Below, piece after piece: positions 28,418 through 39,312 of a stretch of 40,646 bases of DNA. Origin of the DNA: a virus (taxonomy: Duplodnaviria; Heunggongvirae; Uroviricota; Caudoviricetes); the IMG/VR virus record IMGVR_UViG_2675903413_000001, positions 1 to 40,646 of that record; one strand, given 5' to 3'. The first letter of the stretch is position 1. The number at the start of each line of letters is the position of its first letter. Made by a program: the position numbers and the translations under genes. Under the pieces are notes generated by a model that had not been told where the DNA came from, searched no databases, and saw nothing but the letters and a program-made list of their open reading frames with translations.

Positions 28418-28872
28418 TGATTACATTCAAACCAACGCGAAACATCGACCTGATCGAAGCTGTCGGAAATCACCCTGACATTATTGCCGGGAGCAACAAC
28501 GGTGATGGATACGACTACAAGCCTGAATGCCGTTACTTTGAGGTGAACGTGCACGGGCAGTTCGGCGGCATTGTTTACTATCAGGAGATTCAGCCGCTGA
28601 CATTCGATTGCCACGCCATGTACCTGCCAGAGATTCGCGGCTTCAGCAAGGAAGTCGGGCTGGCGTTCTGGCGATACATTCTGACTAACACCACCGTTCA
28701 GTGCGTCACATCGTTCGCCGCACGCAAATTCCGCCACGGGCAGATTTACTGCGCAATGATTGGCCTTAAGCGTGTCGGAACCATCAAGAAATACTTTAAA
28801 GGCGTGGATGACGTGACTTTTTACAGCGCCACACGCGAAGAACTAATCGACTTCCTGAATCACGGGAGATAG
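28417..28872 (+). CDS. P22 gp14-like morphogenesis/DNA-transfer protein
   Basis: 151 aa; synteny. Confidence 0.6.
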   Translation: MITFKPTRNIDLIEAVGNHPDIIAGSNNGDGYDYKPECRYFEVNVHGQFGGIVYYQEIQPLTFDCHAMYLPEIRGFSKEVGLAFWRYILTNTTVQCVTSFAARKFRHGQIYCAMIGLKRVGTIKKYFKGVDDVTFYSATREELIDFLNHGR

Positions 28873-28874
28873 CC

Positions 28875-29570
28875 ATGTTATATGCATTTAAGCTGGGCAG
28901 AAAACTGCGCGGCGAGGAACCTTGGTGCCCTGAAAAAGGCGGGAAAGGTGGTAGCTCTGATAAAAGCGCAAAGTATGCAGCAGAAGCCCAGAAGTATGCC
29001 GCAGACCTGCAAAATCAGCAGTGGCAGACGATCATGAAAAACCTTGCTCCGTTCACGCCGCTTGCGGAGCAGTATGTTAACCAGCTTCAGAATCTTTCCA
29101 GTTTAGAAGGTCAGGGGCAGGCACTTAATCAGTATTACAATTCTCAGCAGTATAAAGACCTTGCAGGTCAGGCTCGTTACCAGAGTCTTGCTGCTGCGGA
29201 GGCGACTGGCGGACTTGGTTCGACAGCTACAAGCAATCAACTGGCTACGATTGCTCCGACTCTCGGTCAGTCGTGGTTATCAAACCAGATGAGCAATTAC
29301 AATAATCTGGCAAACGTTGGGCTTGGTGCGCTGCAAGGTCAGGCAAACGCTGGGCAGACGTACGCCAACAACATGAGCAGCATTGCACAGCAAAGCGCAG
29401 CACTTGCCGCTGCTAACGCCAATAAACCATCAGGCCTTCAGACAGCAATTAGCGGCGGAGCTTCAGGGGCTATGACTGGCGCTGCTCTTGGCTCTATTGT
29501 TCCAGGACTTGGCACTGGATTAGGTGCGGCAATTGGCGGCGGACTTGGCCTGCTTGGATCGTTGTTTTAA
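28875..29570 (+). CDS. Ejection protein (P22 gp7 homologue)
   Basis: 231 aa; Gly/Ala-rich C-terminus; synteny. Confidence 0.7.
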   Translation: MLYAFKLGRKLRGEEPWCPEKGGKGGSSDKSAKYAAEAQKYAADLQNQQWQTIMKNLAPFTPLAEQYVNQLQNLSSLEGQGQALNQYYNSQQYKDLAGQARYQSLAAAEATGGLGSTATSNQLATIAPTLGQSWLSNQMSNYNNLANVGLGALQGQANAGQTYANNMSSIAQQSAALAAANANKPSGLQTAISGGASGAMTGAALGSIVPGLGTGLGAAIGGGLGLLGSLF

Positions 29571-29579
29571 GGGGTAATC

Positions 29580-31046
29580 ATGGCTACTTGGCAAGGAACA
29601 AATGGCGGATTGTTGGCTGGTATCGGTGGTGTCAACTCAAACGCTCCGAGCGTAAATGACATCGGCAACACGCTTCAGCTTACCAGGCAGAACAATGATA
29701 TTGAGCGTTCAGGCGCTAACAATGTTGGGCTGACAGCTTTGCAAGGTCTTTCTGGTATTGCGGGTGTTTTTCAGCAGGAAAAGCAGGCTCAGCGGCAGAA
29801 AGAATTTCAGCAGGCATACGCTAATGCTTATGCGTCTGGTGATCGCGGTGCTTTGCGTCAGTTGGCTACTCAATATCCAGACCAGATTGAATCTGTTCGC
29901 AAAGGCATGGGATTCATTGATGAAGACCAGCGCAATTCTATCGGCACCTTAGCGGCTGGCGCACGCCTTGCTGCCTCGTCTCCAGAAGCAATGCAATCAT
30001 GGCTGCAAAACAACGCCAAGGAACTGACTCGCGTCGGTGTTGACCCTAATAACGTTGCTCAGATGTATCAGCAGAATCCTTCAGGATTTGGTGAGTTTGT
30101 TGATCACCTTGGGATGGCTGCTCTCGGTCCGATTGACTACTTCAATGTTCAGGACAAGATGGCTGGTCGTGAAATTGACCGAGGCAGACTGGCAGAGACA
30201 ATCCGCAGCAATCAGGCTGGTGAAGCACTTCAGGCGAGAGGGCAGGATATTAGCCGAGCAAATGCGTTAACGTCAGCATATGCACCAACATCCGCAATGC
30301 AGAATTACAATCAGTACGCGCAAATGTTAAAGGTAGATCCAGATGGTGCAGCGGCATTTGCGGCAGCGGCGGGAATTAATCCCAATGCTAAGAAATTACT
30401 TAAGGTTGAAACCAATCCTGATGGCTCGGTAACTAAGTATTACACCGATGGCAGCGAGGAAGCCGGAAAACTAAACCAACCTATATCTGGTGATGGCATT
30501 AAACCAATTAGCTTGCCACAAGCGCAAAGCATCATAGATAAGGCTAATGAGGGTTCCAAGAAGGCGGCGGGATTTGCTTTGCGATTAAAAGATTCAATGG
30601 ACTCAATGAATCAGCTTAGTAAAAGCATTGACCCTAAGCGAGTTGCATTAATAAATAGCTCTCTTGGTGATGGGACTATTGCAAATTTAAGCCTATCACC
30701 AGCGGAGCAGCAATATATGGTAAATGCGAGAGACGCCTTGTATGCAATTTTGCGCCCAGAAACAGGTGCAGCAATTACTCTGCCAGAGATGCAGGAGTAT
30801 TCCAAAATGTACCTGCCTCAGCCCGGTGATTCCAAGGCTGCTACTGAAACAAAAATGCGAAAAATGCAGGGCCAATATAACTCATTACGTGGTCAGTCTG
30901 GTCGCGTTTATGATGCTTTGGTGGTTTCAAGTGCTGCAAATAGTCAACAACAGAGCAATAGCCAACAACCGACAAATACCCAACAGCAGCAGAGTCAATC
31001 CGGATCATATACCTCAAAATCAGGCATTCAATTTACGGTGGAATGA
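29580..31046 (+). CDS. Ejection protein (P22 gp20 homologue)
   Basis: 488 aa; synteny. Confidence 0.7.
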   Translation: MATWQGTNGGLLAGIGGVNSNAPSVNDIGNTLQLTRQNNDIERSGANNVGLTALQGLSGIAGVFQQEKQAQRQKEFQQAYANAYASGDRGALRQLATQYPDQIESVRKGMGFIDEDQRNSIGTLAAGARLAASSPEAMQSWLQNNAKELTRVGVDPNNVAQMYQQNPSGFGEFVDHLGMAALGPIDYFNVQDKMAGREIDRGRLAETIRSNQAGEALQARGQDISRANALTSAYAPTSAMQNYNQYAQMLKVDPDGAAAFAAAAGINPNAKKLLKVETNPDGSVTKYYTDGSEEAGKLNQPISGDGIKPISLPQAQSIIDKANEGSKKAAGFALRLKDSMDSMNQLSKSIDPKRVALINSSLGDGTIANLSLSPAEQQYMVNARDALYAILRPETGAAITLPEMQEYSKMYLPQPGDSKAATETKMRKMQGQYNSLRGQSGRVYDALVVSSAANSQQQSNSQQPTNTQQQQSQSGSYTSKSGIQFTVE

Positions 31047-32884
31047 TGAAAGTAACTGCAAACGGTAAGACATTTACCTTCCCTGATGGTACGAGCACGG
31101 AAGATATTGGCACCGCCATTGATGAGTATTTTGCTGGTCAGGCTGTTCAGCAACAAACAGTTAATCAGGCCAATAATGAACCAGCACGTGAAGAACCATC
31201 ATTGATGCAACAAGCTGGTGATTGGCTCACTGGTGGTCAAAGTGCAGGGCAAATTGCAGAACAGGCTGGTCGTGGTCTGGTAAACATACCATTTGACGTA
31301 TTGCAGGGTGGCGCAAGTCTGATTAATGCAATCAGTCAGGGGCTTGGTGGACCCAAGGTTTTGGATGATGTTTATCGTCCAGTAGACAGACCGACAGACC
31401 CCTACGCGCAAGCCGGTGAAACAATTGGTGGGTATTTAGTTCCAGGAGTTGGAACGGCAGGAAGCATGGCTATTGGATCACTGGCAGAGGCCGCAAATCA
31501 GAAAGGCGATTTCGCACAAAATGCAGCTAAAAATGCCGGAGTTAACCTTGCCGCTCAGGGGGTTCTTTCCGCAGCAGCAAAGGGAATAGGGCGTGGAATA
31601 ACGGCTATAAAAGGTGATATTGCGCCAGAAGTGGCGAAGAAAATTGCCACATCAGAATCGATGGGCGTGACACCAATGACATCTGATGTTATCCCGCCGA
31701 AAAATGCTTTCACTCGCGGCCTTACTCAGGATGCCGAGGGGGCTTTGCTCGGGACAGGCTCAAAGAGAGCGGAGCAATATGCAACGCGTAGTAAGCTGGT
31801 AAGCAATTATTTTGACCGTTTTGGTGAGTACAACCCTGATGATGTGGTGAAATCTCTGACCACCACGTTAAGGGGGCGGAAGGATGCCGCTGGCGCTGTT
31901 ATCAATGACGTCACCAATAAAATGGGTAATGCCGCAGTTGATACCACAAATACCATGAATGCTCTGAATACAGCGATCGCAAGACAGGAACGGCTTGGGA
32001 CGTCTGCCAATCAAAGCCTGCTTACATCCTTGCGTAACCTACGTGAAGAATTAGCAAACCCTGCAACTGATTTGGATGTTACGTTTGATCTCTTGCGCCA
32101 GCACAGAACAGCATTTAGATCTAATGTTCAGGGAGATGCTATGGTCTTCCCCAACCAGGCAAAAGCAGCTACCAATATGGTAGAGAATGCAATGTCAAAA
32201 GACCTTCGTAACGCAGTTGCTAAAAACCTAGGTGCATCAGACGCAGCAAAATACCTTAAAGCAAATTCCGATTATGCAAACGTTTATAATAAGGTGCTTA
32301 ATAAAAACATTGCTAACAAGCTCAACAAGGCAAGCAGTGAAGCCAGTCCTGAACTTATAAATACCGTTGTATTAAGTAGAAAACCATCTGACGTGAAACG
32401 AATCTGGAGCGCATTGGATGATAAAGGGAAAGATGCTATGCGTGCAGCTTACGTCAGCAAAATAGCGGAAAAGGCAGGTGACTCTCCAGCCAAGTTCATC
32501 ACTGAAGTTAATAAGCTGAAATCTCAGTCAGGCGGTGAAATTTACAACACTATTTTTTCTGGAAAGCACATGAAAGAACTTGATGCTCTTCATGAAGTTC
32601 TACAGCAAACAGCAAGGTCAGACACCGCAAATGTAGTAACTCAGACGGGGCAATCGCAAGCCAACAGGATAAGGACGATTGGCGCAACTGCGACTCTTGG
32701 CGTATCAATGGGGCTTGAGGCTGGTTTCGGTGCAATGATGCGCTTGTATGAATCCAAAGCAGCAAGGAATGCTCTCTTACGCTTGGCAAACACCAAAGCA
32801 GGAACACCAGCCTATGAAAGAGCGCTAAATCAGGCGGCTACTGCCGTGCGCCCGCTCTTAGTTAACGAAGCTACCCGGCAGTAG
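31043..32884 (+). CDS. Ejection protein (P22 gp16 homologue)
   Basis: 613 aa; synteny. Confidence 0.7.
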   Translation: MMKVTANGKTFTFPDGTSTEDIGTAIDEYFAGQAVQQQTVNQANNEPAREEPSLMQQAGDWLTGGQSAGQIAEQAGRGLVNIPFDVLQGGASLINAISQGLGGPKVLDDVYRPVDRPTDPYAQAGETIGGYLVPGVGTAGSMAIGSLAEAANQKGDFAQNAAKNAGVNLAAQGVLSAAAKGIGRGITAIKGDIAPEVAKKIATSESMGVTPMTSDVIPPKNAFTRGLTQDAEGALLGTGSKRAEQYATRSKLVSNYFDRFGEYNPDDVVKSLTTTLRGRKDAAGAVINDVTNKMGNAAVDTTNTMNALNTAIARQERLGTSANQSLLTSLRNLREELANPATDLDVTFDLLRQHRTAFRSNVQGDAMVFPNQAKAATNMVENAMSKDLRNAVAKNLGASDAAKYLKANSDYANVYNKVLNKNIANKLNKASSEASPELINTVVLSRKPSDVKRIWSALDDKGKDAMRAAYVSKIAEKAGDSPAKFITEVNKLKSQSGGEIYNTIFSGKHMKELDALHEVLQQTARSDTANVVTQTGQSQANRIRTIGATATLGVSMGLEAGFGAMMRLYESKAARNALLRLANTKAGTPAYERALNQAATAVRPLLVNEATRQ

Positions 32885-32906
32885 CACTGTAAGCCAGGGA
32901 CGGCAT

Positions 32907-33401
32907 TTATTTTATAGTTTTTATGAATTCTTTATTAAATCCCTTCGCTTCTCCGGGGTATCTTCCAAAGACAATTTTTATAAAAACAGAAAAAATAAAG
33001 ATAGCAACGCTTAACAACAATTGCAGTATCATTGGAACCCAAAGAACTACAGGATCTATATTCATGAAACCAAATATTCTTCCGGCGATCATGGCGAAGT
33101 ACCACACTGTTATCAGTAAACTTAGTGGCATATGAATTACTGATATTACCAATCCAAGAGCATCAGTAATTCTGTTTTCAAATTTTTCAGGGGAAAACTT
33201 TTCTTTAAGGTAATTCAGTGCGCAGGCCTCATTCTCTGGATTTTCAGCATTTTTCCCTATAGCAATAGAAATCTCAGATATCCTTGATTCAATTCTTTTA
33301 CGTTTAATAAAACTAGAAAAAAAGAACCACGCAATCTGCAACCCTATCCCCAGAAATAGAGTTGCGGCAACTAGCACAGCGTAACTCATAGAATCAGACA
33401 C
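32907..33401 (-). CDS. Multi-pass membrane protein in the sieA-equivalent slot (about 165 aa), function unknown
   Basis: Several hydrophobic segments; GTG 33401 with SD AAGGAGG 5 nt upstream (alternative ATG 33389); AT-rich; ORF track start 33617 rejected. Confidence 0.6.
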   Translation of the reverse strand: MSDSMSYAVLVAATLFLGIGLQIAWFFFSSFIKRKRIESRISEISIAIGKNAENPENEACALNYLKEKFSPEKFENRITDALGLVISVIHMPLSLLITVWYFAMIAGRIFGFMNIDPVVLWVPMILQLLLSVAIFIFSVFIKIVFGRYPGEAKGFNKEFIKTIK

Positions 33402-33431
33402 ACCAACCTCCTTAGTTTTACGCAGGATACC

Positions 33432-33797
33432 ATGAAAAAAGTTAACATTGGAAACGTACCAAAGATGCTCGTTCCGCTCTTTGAGAGCGGTACAATTGTG
33501 TTTTGTAGAGACTTTCCAGAATGGCAACGCCTGCATCAAAAACTTGGTGTGGACGTGCAGGACTCGGATGCCAACGGAGCGTCTCATACAATGAGCAGCG
33601 AGAATGGTGTTTTGCATGTGATAGGCGTGTTCAATGGCAAACTATCTACTATTGCCCATGAGTGTGCTCACATGGCATTCGATATCTGCTCAAGGGTAGG
33701 TGTTGATGTTGAACCAGGAAGAGCCAACGAGACTTACTGCTACTTAATGAGCAGGCTTGTTGAGTTCTGCGAGCGACATATCAAAAAGCCGGAGTGA
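33432..33797 (+). CDS. Small protein (121 aa) with HExxH motif (HECAHMAFD), putative zinc metallopeptidase-like
   Basis: ORF track; divergent from the membrane gene. Confidence 0.55.
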   Translation: MKKVNIGNVPKMLVPLFESGTIVFCRDFPEWQRLHQKLGVDVQDSDANGASHTMSSENGVLHVIGVFNGKLSTIAHECAHMAFDICSRVGVDVEPGRANETYCYLMSRLVEFCERHIKKPE

Positions 33798-33810
33798 CCC
33801 GGCTTGAGTA

Positions 33811-33990
33811 TTACTTTTTGCTGTCTGGAGTTCGCTTATCCAATACCCAGCCATGACCTGGCTTTGTTGTTGGCGGAAGCCTTTCGTTGTCCTTGACGGT
33901 GGCAAAATTGTCTTTCTTACCGCCGCGTGGGCCAACCTCTTGGTATATTCCGCCGTTTTTTCCTGTGTTTTCACCTGGTTTTTTCGCCAT
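33811..33990 (-). CDS. Lys/Gly-rich small protein (59 aa)
   Basis: MAKKPGENTGKNGGIYQEVGPRGGKKDNFATVKDNERLPP...; SD GAGG upstream of ATG 33990; preferred over overlapping ORF 33744..33974. Confidence 0.45.
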   Translation of the reverse strand: MAKKPGENTGKNGGIYQEVGPRGGKKDNFATVKDNERLPPTTKPGHGWVLDKRTPDSKK

Positions 33991-34073
33991 GATATACCTC
34001 AACATACACCCGTTATTGGGCGATTAAATATTGATCTCATTTTATAAGTAGTCAATATGGCCCAGGTAAATGC

Positions 34074-34106
34074 AAAAATTAACCCACCTTCAGGTGGGTT
34101 TTTTGT
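34074..34106 (+). terminator. Rho-independent terminator, possibly bidirectional
   Basis: Stem AACCCACC/GGTGGGTT followed by TTTTTTGT; A-tract upstream. Confidence 0.65.
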
Positions 34107-34155
34107 ACAAATCCTTCAGCCAGTACATAACTACTGACAGATAACCAACGCAACG

Positions 34156-34180
34156 ACCCAGCTTCGGCTGGGTTTTTTTA
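34156..34180 (+). terminator. Second rho-independent terminator upstream of tailspike
   Basis: Stem ACCCAGC/GCTGGGT with TTCG loop followed by TTTTTTT. Confidence 0.65.
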
Positions 34181-34237
34181 TGCCCAAAATTCACCGTAGC
34201 CATGCTGCGGCGATTCCTTGTATCTGGAGCAAATTAA

Positions 34238-36397
34238 ATGACAGATATTACAGCTAATGTGATTGTATCGATGCCTTCGCAACTCTTCACTATGGCTCGT
34301 TCTTTTAAAGCCGTAGCCAATGGCAAAATTTATATCGGAAAAATTGACACTGACCCGGTAAATACTGAAAACCAGATTCAGGTTTATGTAGAGAATGAAG
34401 ACGGATCTCACGTTCCTGTTTCGCAACCAATCATCATTAACGCTGCTGGTTACCCGGTATATAACGGACAGATTGCCAAGTTCGTAACTGTGCAAGGCCA
34501 TTCGATGGCTGTTTATGATGCATACGGTGTGCAGCAGTTCTATTTTCCTAATGTGCTGAAGTATGACCCGGATCAGTTTTCTGCAGAATGGCTTGCCAAG
34601 ATGTCTGCGCCTGATTCTTATGCATTATTTGGTACATTCTCATCAATAGCAGATCTACGAGCATTTACTGCATACTCATCAGTTAAGGAAAATGGAAGAG
34701 TCTATGTTGATTCTTATCACCTTGGAACTGGTTATGGCGGAGGATATTTCCGCTGGAATTCAACCAGCACTGATACTGATGACGGAGGCTATACCATTAA
34801 CCCAACTGGCAATACTGGAACAGGACGCTGGAAGCGAGAGATATCCTCTGCGTATGTCGCAAGGACGGTGAGTCCGTTGGAGTTTGGGGCAAAAATTAAC
34901 GATAGTACCTTCGACTGCGCGCCAGCTATCAATGCTGCGATTTCATATCTAAACCCTTACCTTGATGCCTCATATGACTCACATCAAGGCGGGGATGTTG
35001 TTTTTCCAACTGCTCAATACTTCATTAATGACACTATTTATCTCTCTCCAAATGTAAGGGTAATTGGCACGGGAGGAACGTCTGGCTTTAGATATTCACG
35101 CGCAGGATGCTCAATTATTATTGCTATGACGTCCATGGATGTAAATAAATTGCTTCTAGATACCGCTCCATGGCTATCAGACGGCACTGCAAGATATACA
35201 GTGACAAACAGTGTGGAAAATGGGCTGTATTTGAGTGCTGGATATTATGGACCATATATAGAGAATATTGTTTTATTGGGCCGTCCAGATACGCAGGCGG
35301 GAATTAGAATCTGGAGGACTCCGGATGCCAAACTGATTGGAGTTGCAGTGTATGACTGTAAGGTTAGCTTTTGGATAAGTGGTTCTTGGGGGACTGCGGT
35401 AGAGAATTGCTTTGCACAAGGCGCTAAATATGCAACATTTTTAACACCCCACACTACGGCACTAAACTTGGTAGGAGGATATTATACTGGTAATTTATCG
35501 CAAACATGGGATAAAGGCACGGCACAATGGTTCCACAGATCCGGAGATGTATCAAATAGACCAAATATTGCCTATGTCACCACTTTTCTCTATGCCCACG
35601 ACTGTGTCGACATAAATATGCACGGAGTAACATGGGAGGGGTACAATCGAGATTTCGCCCTCTTTTATAGTGGTAACGTTAATGTTTTCGGAGGTTATAG
35701 TGAGAGTGTAAATGTAGCCGCCAGCGAGACTGGTCACCGAGTTTGGTGTCAGTGCGTGGGGTCAACTATTAATACGTTCGGTGTTTTCTGCAACCATGAT
35801 ATAAAAGATTTTGTTGTTCAATCTGGAAACACACTGTCAAGTGGGGCGGTAGTCAAGACTGATATCTCACAGATCAATGTTCGCGACATGAAGATTGGAT
35901 CACCATTTAAATTGATTACCAAAGATCTTGGCTTCGGGCGTTATGGAATCAAAATAAATTGCGAGCATCCAATTACAGAAAATATAGCTGATACTTTAGC
36001 GCCGTTGAGAGGTTATACAGTCCAATTTAAAGGGCTTCTTGATGTGTACACCATGCGTTCACCTTCAATCGCTCAAGGAGCAAACACATTCGATATACAG
36101 GTAAGCAATTGTGTGGCAGGGGGAGAATACTCATGCAGGCTTCTAATGAAAAATGTGGCTGTAACATTACAGCAAGATTTAAGATTTAATGTTTTGGTGG
36201 GTAATGTTTGCAGCGTTACTGGATATCAAGGCAGAAGCTTAGTTGGAACATCTACCATACCAGCACCATCTGCAAGCTTTAATTCAACAACGGGGGTGTT
36301 GACTCTCACCTTTACCGGAAACTCTGCAAATTACTCACTTAATAGGTTAAAAGTTGTTCCACTGGAGGAGCAGCCGCCATTTACCTACTCGACGTAA
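34238..36397 (+). CDS. Tailspike: conserved P22-family N-terminal head-binding domain fused to a distinct beta-helix receptor-binding domain
   Basis: 719 aa; first ~115 aa ([42 protein letters not shown]...KYDPDQF) match remembered P22/HK620 tailspike N-terminus, remainder diverges. Confidence 0.85.
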   Translation: MTDITANVIVSMPSQLFTMARSFKAVANGKIYIGKIDTDPVNTENQIQVYVENEDGSHVPVSQPIIINAAGYPVYNGQIAKFVTVQGHSMAVYDAYGVQQFYFPNVLKYDPDQFSAEWLAKMSAPDSYALFGTFSSIADLRAFTAYSSVKENGRVYVDSYHLGTGYGGGYFRWNSTSTDTDDGGYTINPTGNTGTGRWKREISSAYVARTVSPLEFGAKINDSTFDCAPAINAAISYLNPYLDASYDSHQGGDVVFPTAQYFINDTIYLSPNVRVIGTGGTSGFRYSRAGCSIIIAMTSMDVNKLLLDTAPWLSDGTARYTVTNSVENGLYLSAGYYGPYIENIVLLGRPDTQAGIRIWRTPDAKLIGVAVYDCKVSFWISGSWGTAVENCFAQGAKYATFLTPHTTALNLVGGYYTGNLSQTWDKGTAQWFHRSGDVSNRPNIAYVTTFLYAHDCVDINMHGVTWEGYNRDFALFYSGNVNVFGGYSESVNVAASETGHRVWCQCVGSTINTFGVFCNHDIKDFVVQSGNTLSSGAVVKTDISQINVRDMKIGSPFKLITKDLGFGRYGIKINCEHPITENIADTLAPLRGYTVQFKGLLDVYTMRSPSIAQGANTFDIQVSNCVAGGEYSCRLLMKNVAVTLQQDLRFNVLVGNVCSVTGYQGRSLVGTSTIPAPSASFNSTTGVLTLTFTGNSANYSLNRLKVVPLEEQPPFTYST

Positions 36398-36408
36398 GCA
36401 CTAATGGG

Positions 36409-36427
36409 CGGCGATGCCGCCCAAATT
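36409..36427. terminator. GC-rich hairpin between convergent tailspike and gtr genes
   Basis: GGGCGGC-gat-GCCGCCC; no strong T-run, so terminator function is tentative. Confidence 0.4.
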
Positions 36428-36430
36428 ACT

Positions 36431-37885
36431 TCAGCACGGGGTGTTGCCTCCTCCTTTTAACCATATTAAAAAGCCATTGTTTTCTTGGTTGAAATATATC
36501 GAATAAGAATTGGTGGATTTTATTGGCTTGGTTATAGATGCACATACATTGGATATTATCTTTTTCTGTTCTTCTCTAGCAAAATTGAATTTTACATTTG
36601 GGATGTCGATTGACTGGGCAGCCATGCTAGACGTCCAATCATATGTTGGAACCAACATTGTAGAGATTAATGGATATGCTTTTACAGTATTTATCGATAA
36701 GGGAGCTATTGGCGCCCTGCCAGAATATACAATGTACGAATTTATATTGTAATCTGAGCTATTTCTGATGTCATTAATTGACAGGTATAAAATTGACTTG
36801 TCATAAATTCTCTGCTCTTTGATAGCAAAGGAAAAGCCATATGAAATTACATATAAAGGTATTGCGATGACAGCGATTGCAAAATATTTTTTATTATTAC
36901 TAATTTCGCTTATGGATATCATGGTGAAAATTAAAGCTGTTAATCCTACAGCCCCCATCATCATTCTCGCTGCAATGGCTGATTCACCGAAAATCGCCAG
37001 CATTCCTATTGGTGATATGGCAACCACGGAAATACAGATTATGATTATCGCGATATTTAAAAACGAAACTCTTGGTTTGGTTGTTGTTACCAGTAACGCT
37101 AAAGTCAATAAATATATTGCCACATAATAGATAGATAGACTTGATTCTAATAAAGTATAAAATCTAACCATTCTTTTTACAAAGTAATCAATAAGTGACG
37201 CATCTAACGATATTGCCTGGTCTCTTGTTCCAGTCATCGGGAAAGCAACCTTTATTATAAAATAATAAAGAATCATGCCAATGGCGAGAGATGCCATTGC
37301 TTTTAAAGCTAAAATAATAACTTCCTTTGCGCAGTCATTAGATTTTTTTAATTTCACAATTAAGTTTACTGCCACAAGAGCTATGTATGAATTTATTGAT
37401 GTCTGATATAAAGCCGCGCTAAAAGCAATGATAATAAAAGATGCAATAAAGTAGATTTTGTCTTCTTTAAGTGCGTAGACAGAAGCAACAACCGCACCAC
37501 AAAGTGAAAGCGTCATTGGCAGGTTATCGTACTGATAGAGCATGTTTTCTATATAAAATGGACTTAGCGCGAAGCCTGACGCGCAAATTAACGCTGCCAC
37601 GCTTGTCGAACCAAGTATGTGACGAGTATAGAAAATTGCTGTCATTGACATTACTGCTACTGATAATACCTGTCCAAATATTCCATAACCAGGTAGCTTG
37701 GATGAGGATATCATTAGCAGATGCATCAGCAAATCTGCTAAAGGCCTTCCGTTTTGAGACCACCCATCAAAACCATTCTGCGCCCTAAAAATATCATCAA
37801 CGTAAAGTTGATTGTTTATGATGAATGGCAAATAAAACAACCCTATTAATATAAATGGGATGTGATAAGTATTATTTTTTTTCAT
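36431..37885 (-). CDS. Serotype-specific O-antigen glucosyltransferase (Gtr type-specific), polytopic membrane protein
   Basis: 484 aa; highly hydrophobic; AT-rich; downstream of gtrA-gtrB. Confidence 0.75.
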   Translation of the reverse strand: MKKNNTYHIPFILIGLFYLPFIINNQLYVDDIFRAQNGFDGWSQNGRPLADLLMHLLMISSSKLPGYGIFGQVLSVAVMSMTAIFYTRHILGSTSVAALICASGFALSPFYIENMLYQYDNLPMTLSLCGAVVASVYALKEDKIYFIASFIIIAFSAALYQTSINSYIALVAVNLIVKLKKSNDCAKEVIILALKAMASLAIGMILYYFIIKVAFPMTGTRDQAISLDASLIDYFVKRMVRFYTLLESSLSIYYVAIYLLTLALLVTTTKPRVSFLNIAIIIICISVVAISPIGMLAIFGESAIAARMMMGAVGLTALIFTMISISEISNNKKYFAIAVIAIPLYVISYGFSFAIKEQRIYDKSILYLSINDIRNSSDYNINSYIVYSGRAPIAPLSINTVKAYPLISTMLVPTYDWTSSMAAQSIDIPNVKFNFAREEQKKIISNVCASITKPIKSTNSYSIYFNQENNGFLIWLKGGGNTPC

Positions 37886-38801
37886 TTTTAATGCCCTTCA
37901 AAATATACCTAGGACGCTGCTTAACTTCAGTGTAAATTCTGCCGATGTACTCACCAAGAACACCTATCCCTATTAACTGGATTCCGCCCAGAAACAAAAT
38001 AGATACTAACAGTGAAGGATAACCACGTACCGCATTACCGAAAGCCAACGTGTCGATAATCATCCAGGCGCCGTAAAGAAACGACAGGCCGGCGACCATC
38101 AGGCCAATATAAGTCCACATGCGAAGAGGGAAGGTTGAGAAGCTAGTAATGCCCTCAAGTGCCAAGTTCCAGAGCTTCCAGCCATTGAATTTTGAGTCTC
38201 CGGCGACACGCCCAGCGCGAGCATACTCGACAACATCAGTACGCCCTCCAACCCAACTCAGAACGCCCTTCATGAAGAGGTTGCGCTCCGGCAACAGTTT
38301 GATGTTCTCAACCACGGCACGGGACATCAGGCGGAAGTCACCGACGTTCTCCTCGATCTGCGGATTGCTTATTTTGTTATGCAGCTTATAAAACCACTCA
38401 GCGGATTTGCGCTTTAGTCTGCTGTCGGTGGAGCGATCAGAACGCTTAGCCAGGACCATGTCAGCGCCTGCCTGCCACTTCTCGATGAGATAAGGAATGA
38501 CTTCAATCGGGTCCTGCAGGTCAACATCAATCGGGATAACCGCATCACCTGTTGCGTGGTCAAGCCCGGCGAACAGAGCGGGCTCTTTACCGAAATTACG
38601 GGTGAAGGAAAGAGGAACGACAAGCGGATCGGCCACAGCCAGAGCATTAATAATTGACTCCGTAGCGTCTTTGCTGCCGTCATTTATGAAAACAATTTCC
38701 ACTTCATATGACTTCAATTCTTCGAATTCACGTACCGTTTTATAAAAAATTGGTATCGCTTCTTCTTCATTGAAGACAGGAACGACCAGAGATATCTTCA
38801 T
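37872..38801 (-). CDS. gtrB: Bactoprenol glucosyltransferase
   Basis: 309 aa; GT2 motifs ([21 protein letters not shown]) and C-terminal TM segments. Confidence 0.85.
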   Translation of the reverse strand: MKISLVVPVFNEEEAIPIFYKTVREFEELKSYEVEIVFINDGSKDATESIINALAVADPLVVPLSFTRNFGKEPALFAGLDHATGDAVIPIDVDLQDPIEVIPYLIEKWQAGADMVLAKRSDRSTDSRLKRKSAEWFYKLHNKISNPQIEENVGDFRLMSRAVVENIKLLPERNLFMKGVLSWVGGRTDVVEYARAGRVAGDSKFNGWKLWNLALEGITSFSTFPLRMWTYIGLMVAGLSFLYGAWMIIDTLAFGNAVRGYPSLLVSILFLGGIQLIGIGVLGEYIGRIYTEVKQRPRYILKGIKNEKK

Positions 38802-39160
38802 TTCGCATCCCTAAAGACAATGAACTTTGAATAGACGAAACCGCACACCAGGCTGATGGCGGAGAAGGTGACAAGAGTGACAATTGGAGGAAGTGAACAT
38901 CTATCAGCAGCCCATCCAACAGTAGCACTCAGTGTTCCCATGAACCCGACATATAACATGTAGCGCATCGTTGTAGTTGATGCTTTGAATGTGAATTTTG
39001 CATTCGCGAAGAAGCTAAAACTCACAGCCACAACAAAACCTGCGAAGTTTGCCAGAGCCTGATTGGTATGCGCGGCATAGATACATACACCAAAAACCAC
39101 CCAGTGTATAAGGGTGTTCAGCACGCCAATAGAGGTGTACTTTGCAAATAGTTTTAACAT
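38798..39160 (-). CDS. gtrA: Bactoprenol-linked glucose translocase (flippase)
   Basis: 120 aa four-TM protein; matches remembered GtrA sequence. Confidence 0.85.
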   Translation of the reverse strand: MLKLFAKYTSIGVLNTLIHWVVFGVCIYAAHTNQALANFAGFVVAVSFSFFANAKFTFKASTTTMRYMLYVGFMGTLSATVGWAADRCSLPPIVTLVTFSAISLVCGFVYSKFIVFRDAK

Positions 39161-39312
39161 TTCTTCTATCAGCTAATAATCAAAGGCATGAAGTCTATCA
39201 TCCAAGTCTCAATCGATCGATACTTGCTGTGGTTGATGAGACAACACTGAGACACACAAAGCTTTGCACTGGATTGCAAGGCTTTGTGCTATCCGATGGT
39301 GTTTAAGTTTCC

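Noticed and set aside
33402-33617. N-terminal extension of the membrane-protein ORF to 33617
   Set aside because: It would overlap the divergent HExxH gene; a strong SD (AAGGAGG) sits just upstream of the internal GTG 33401 / ATG 33389 where the hydrophobic sequence begins.
33744-33974. 76-aa minus-strand ORF overlapping the end of the HExxH gene
   Set aside because: The overlapping 33811..33990 frame has a proper SD and a more protein-like translation.
36510-38745. Plus-strand ORFs inside the gtr genes and minus ORFs 38414..38683 and 37524..37763
   Set aside because: Antisense or alternative frames within confidently identified gtrB and the type-specific gtr gene.
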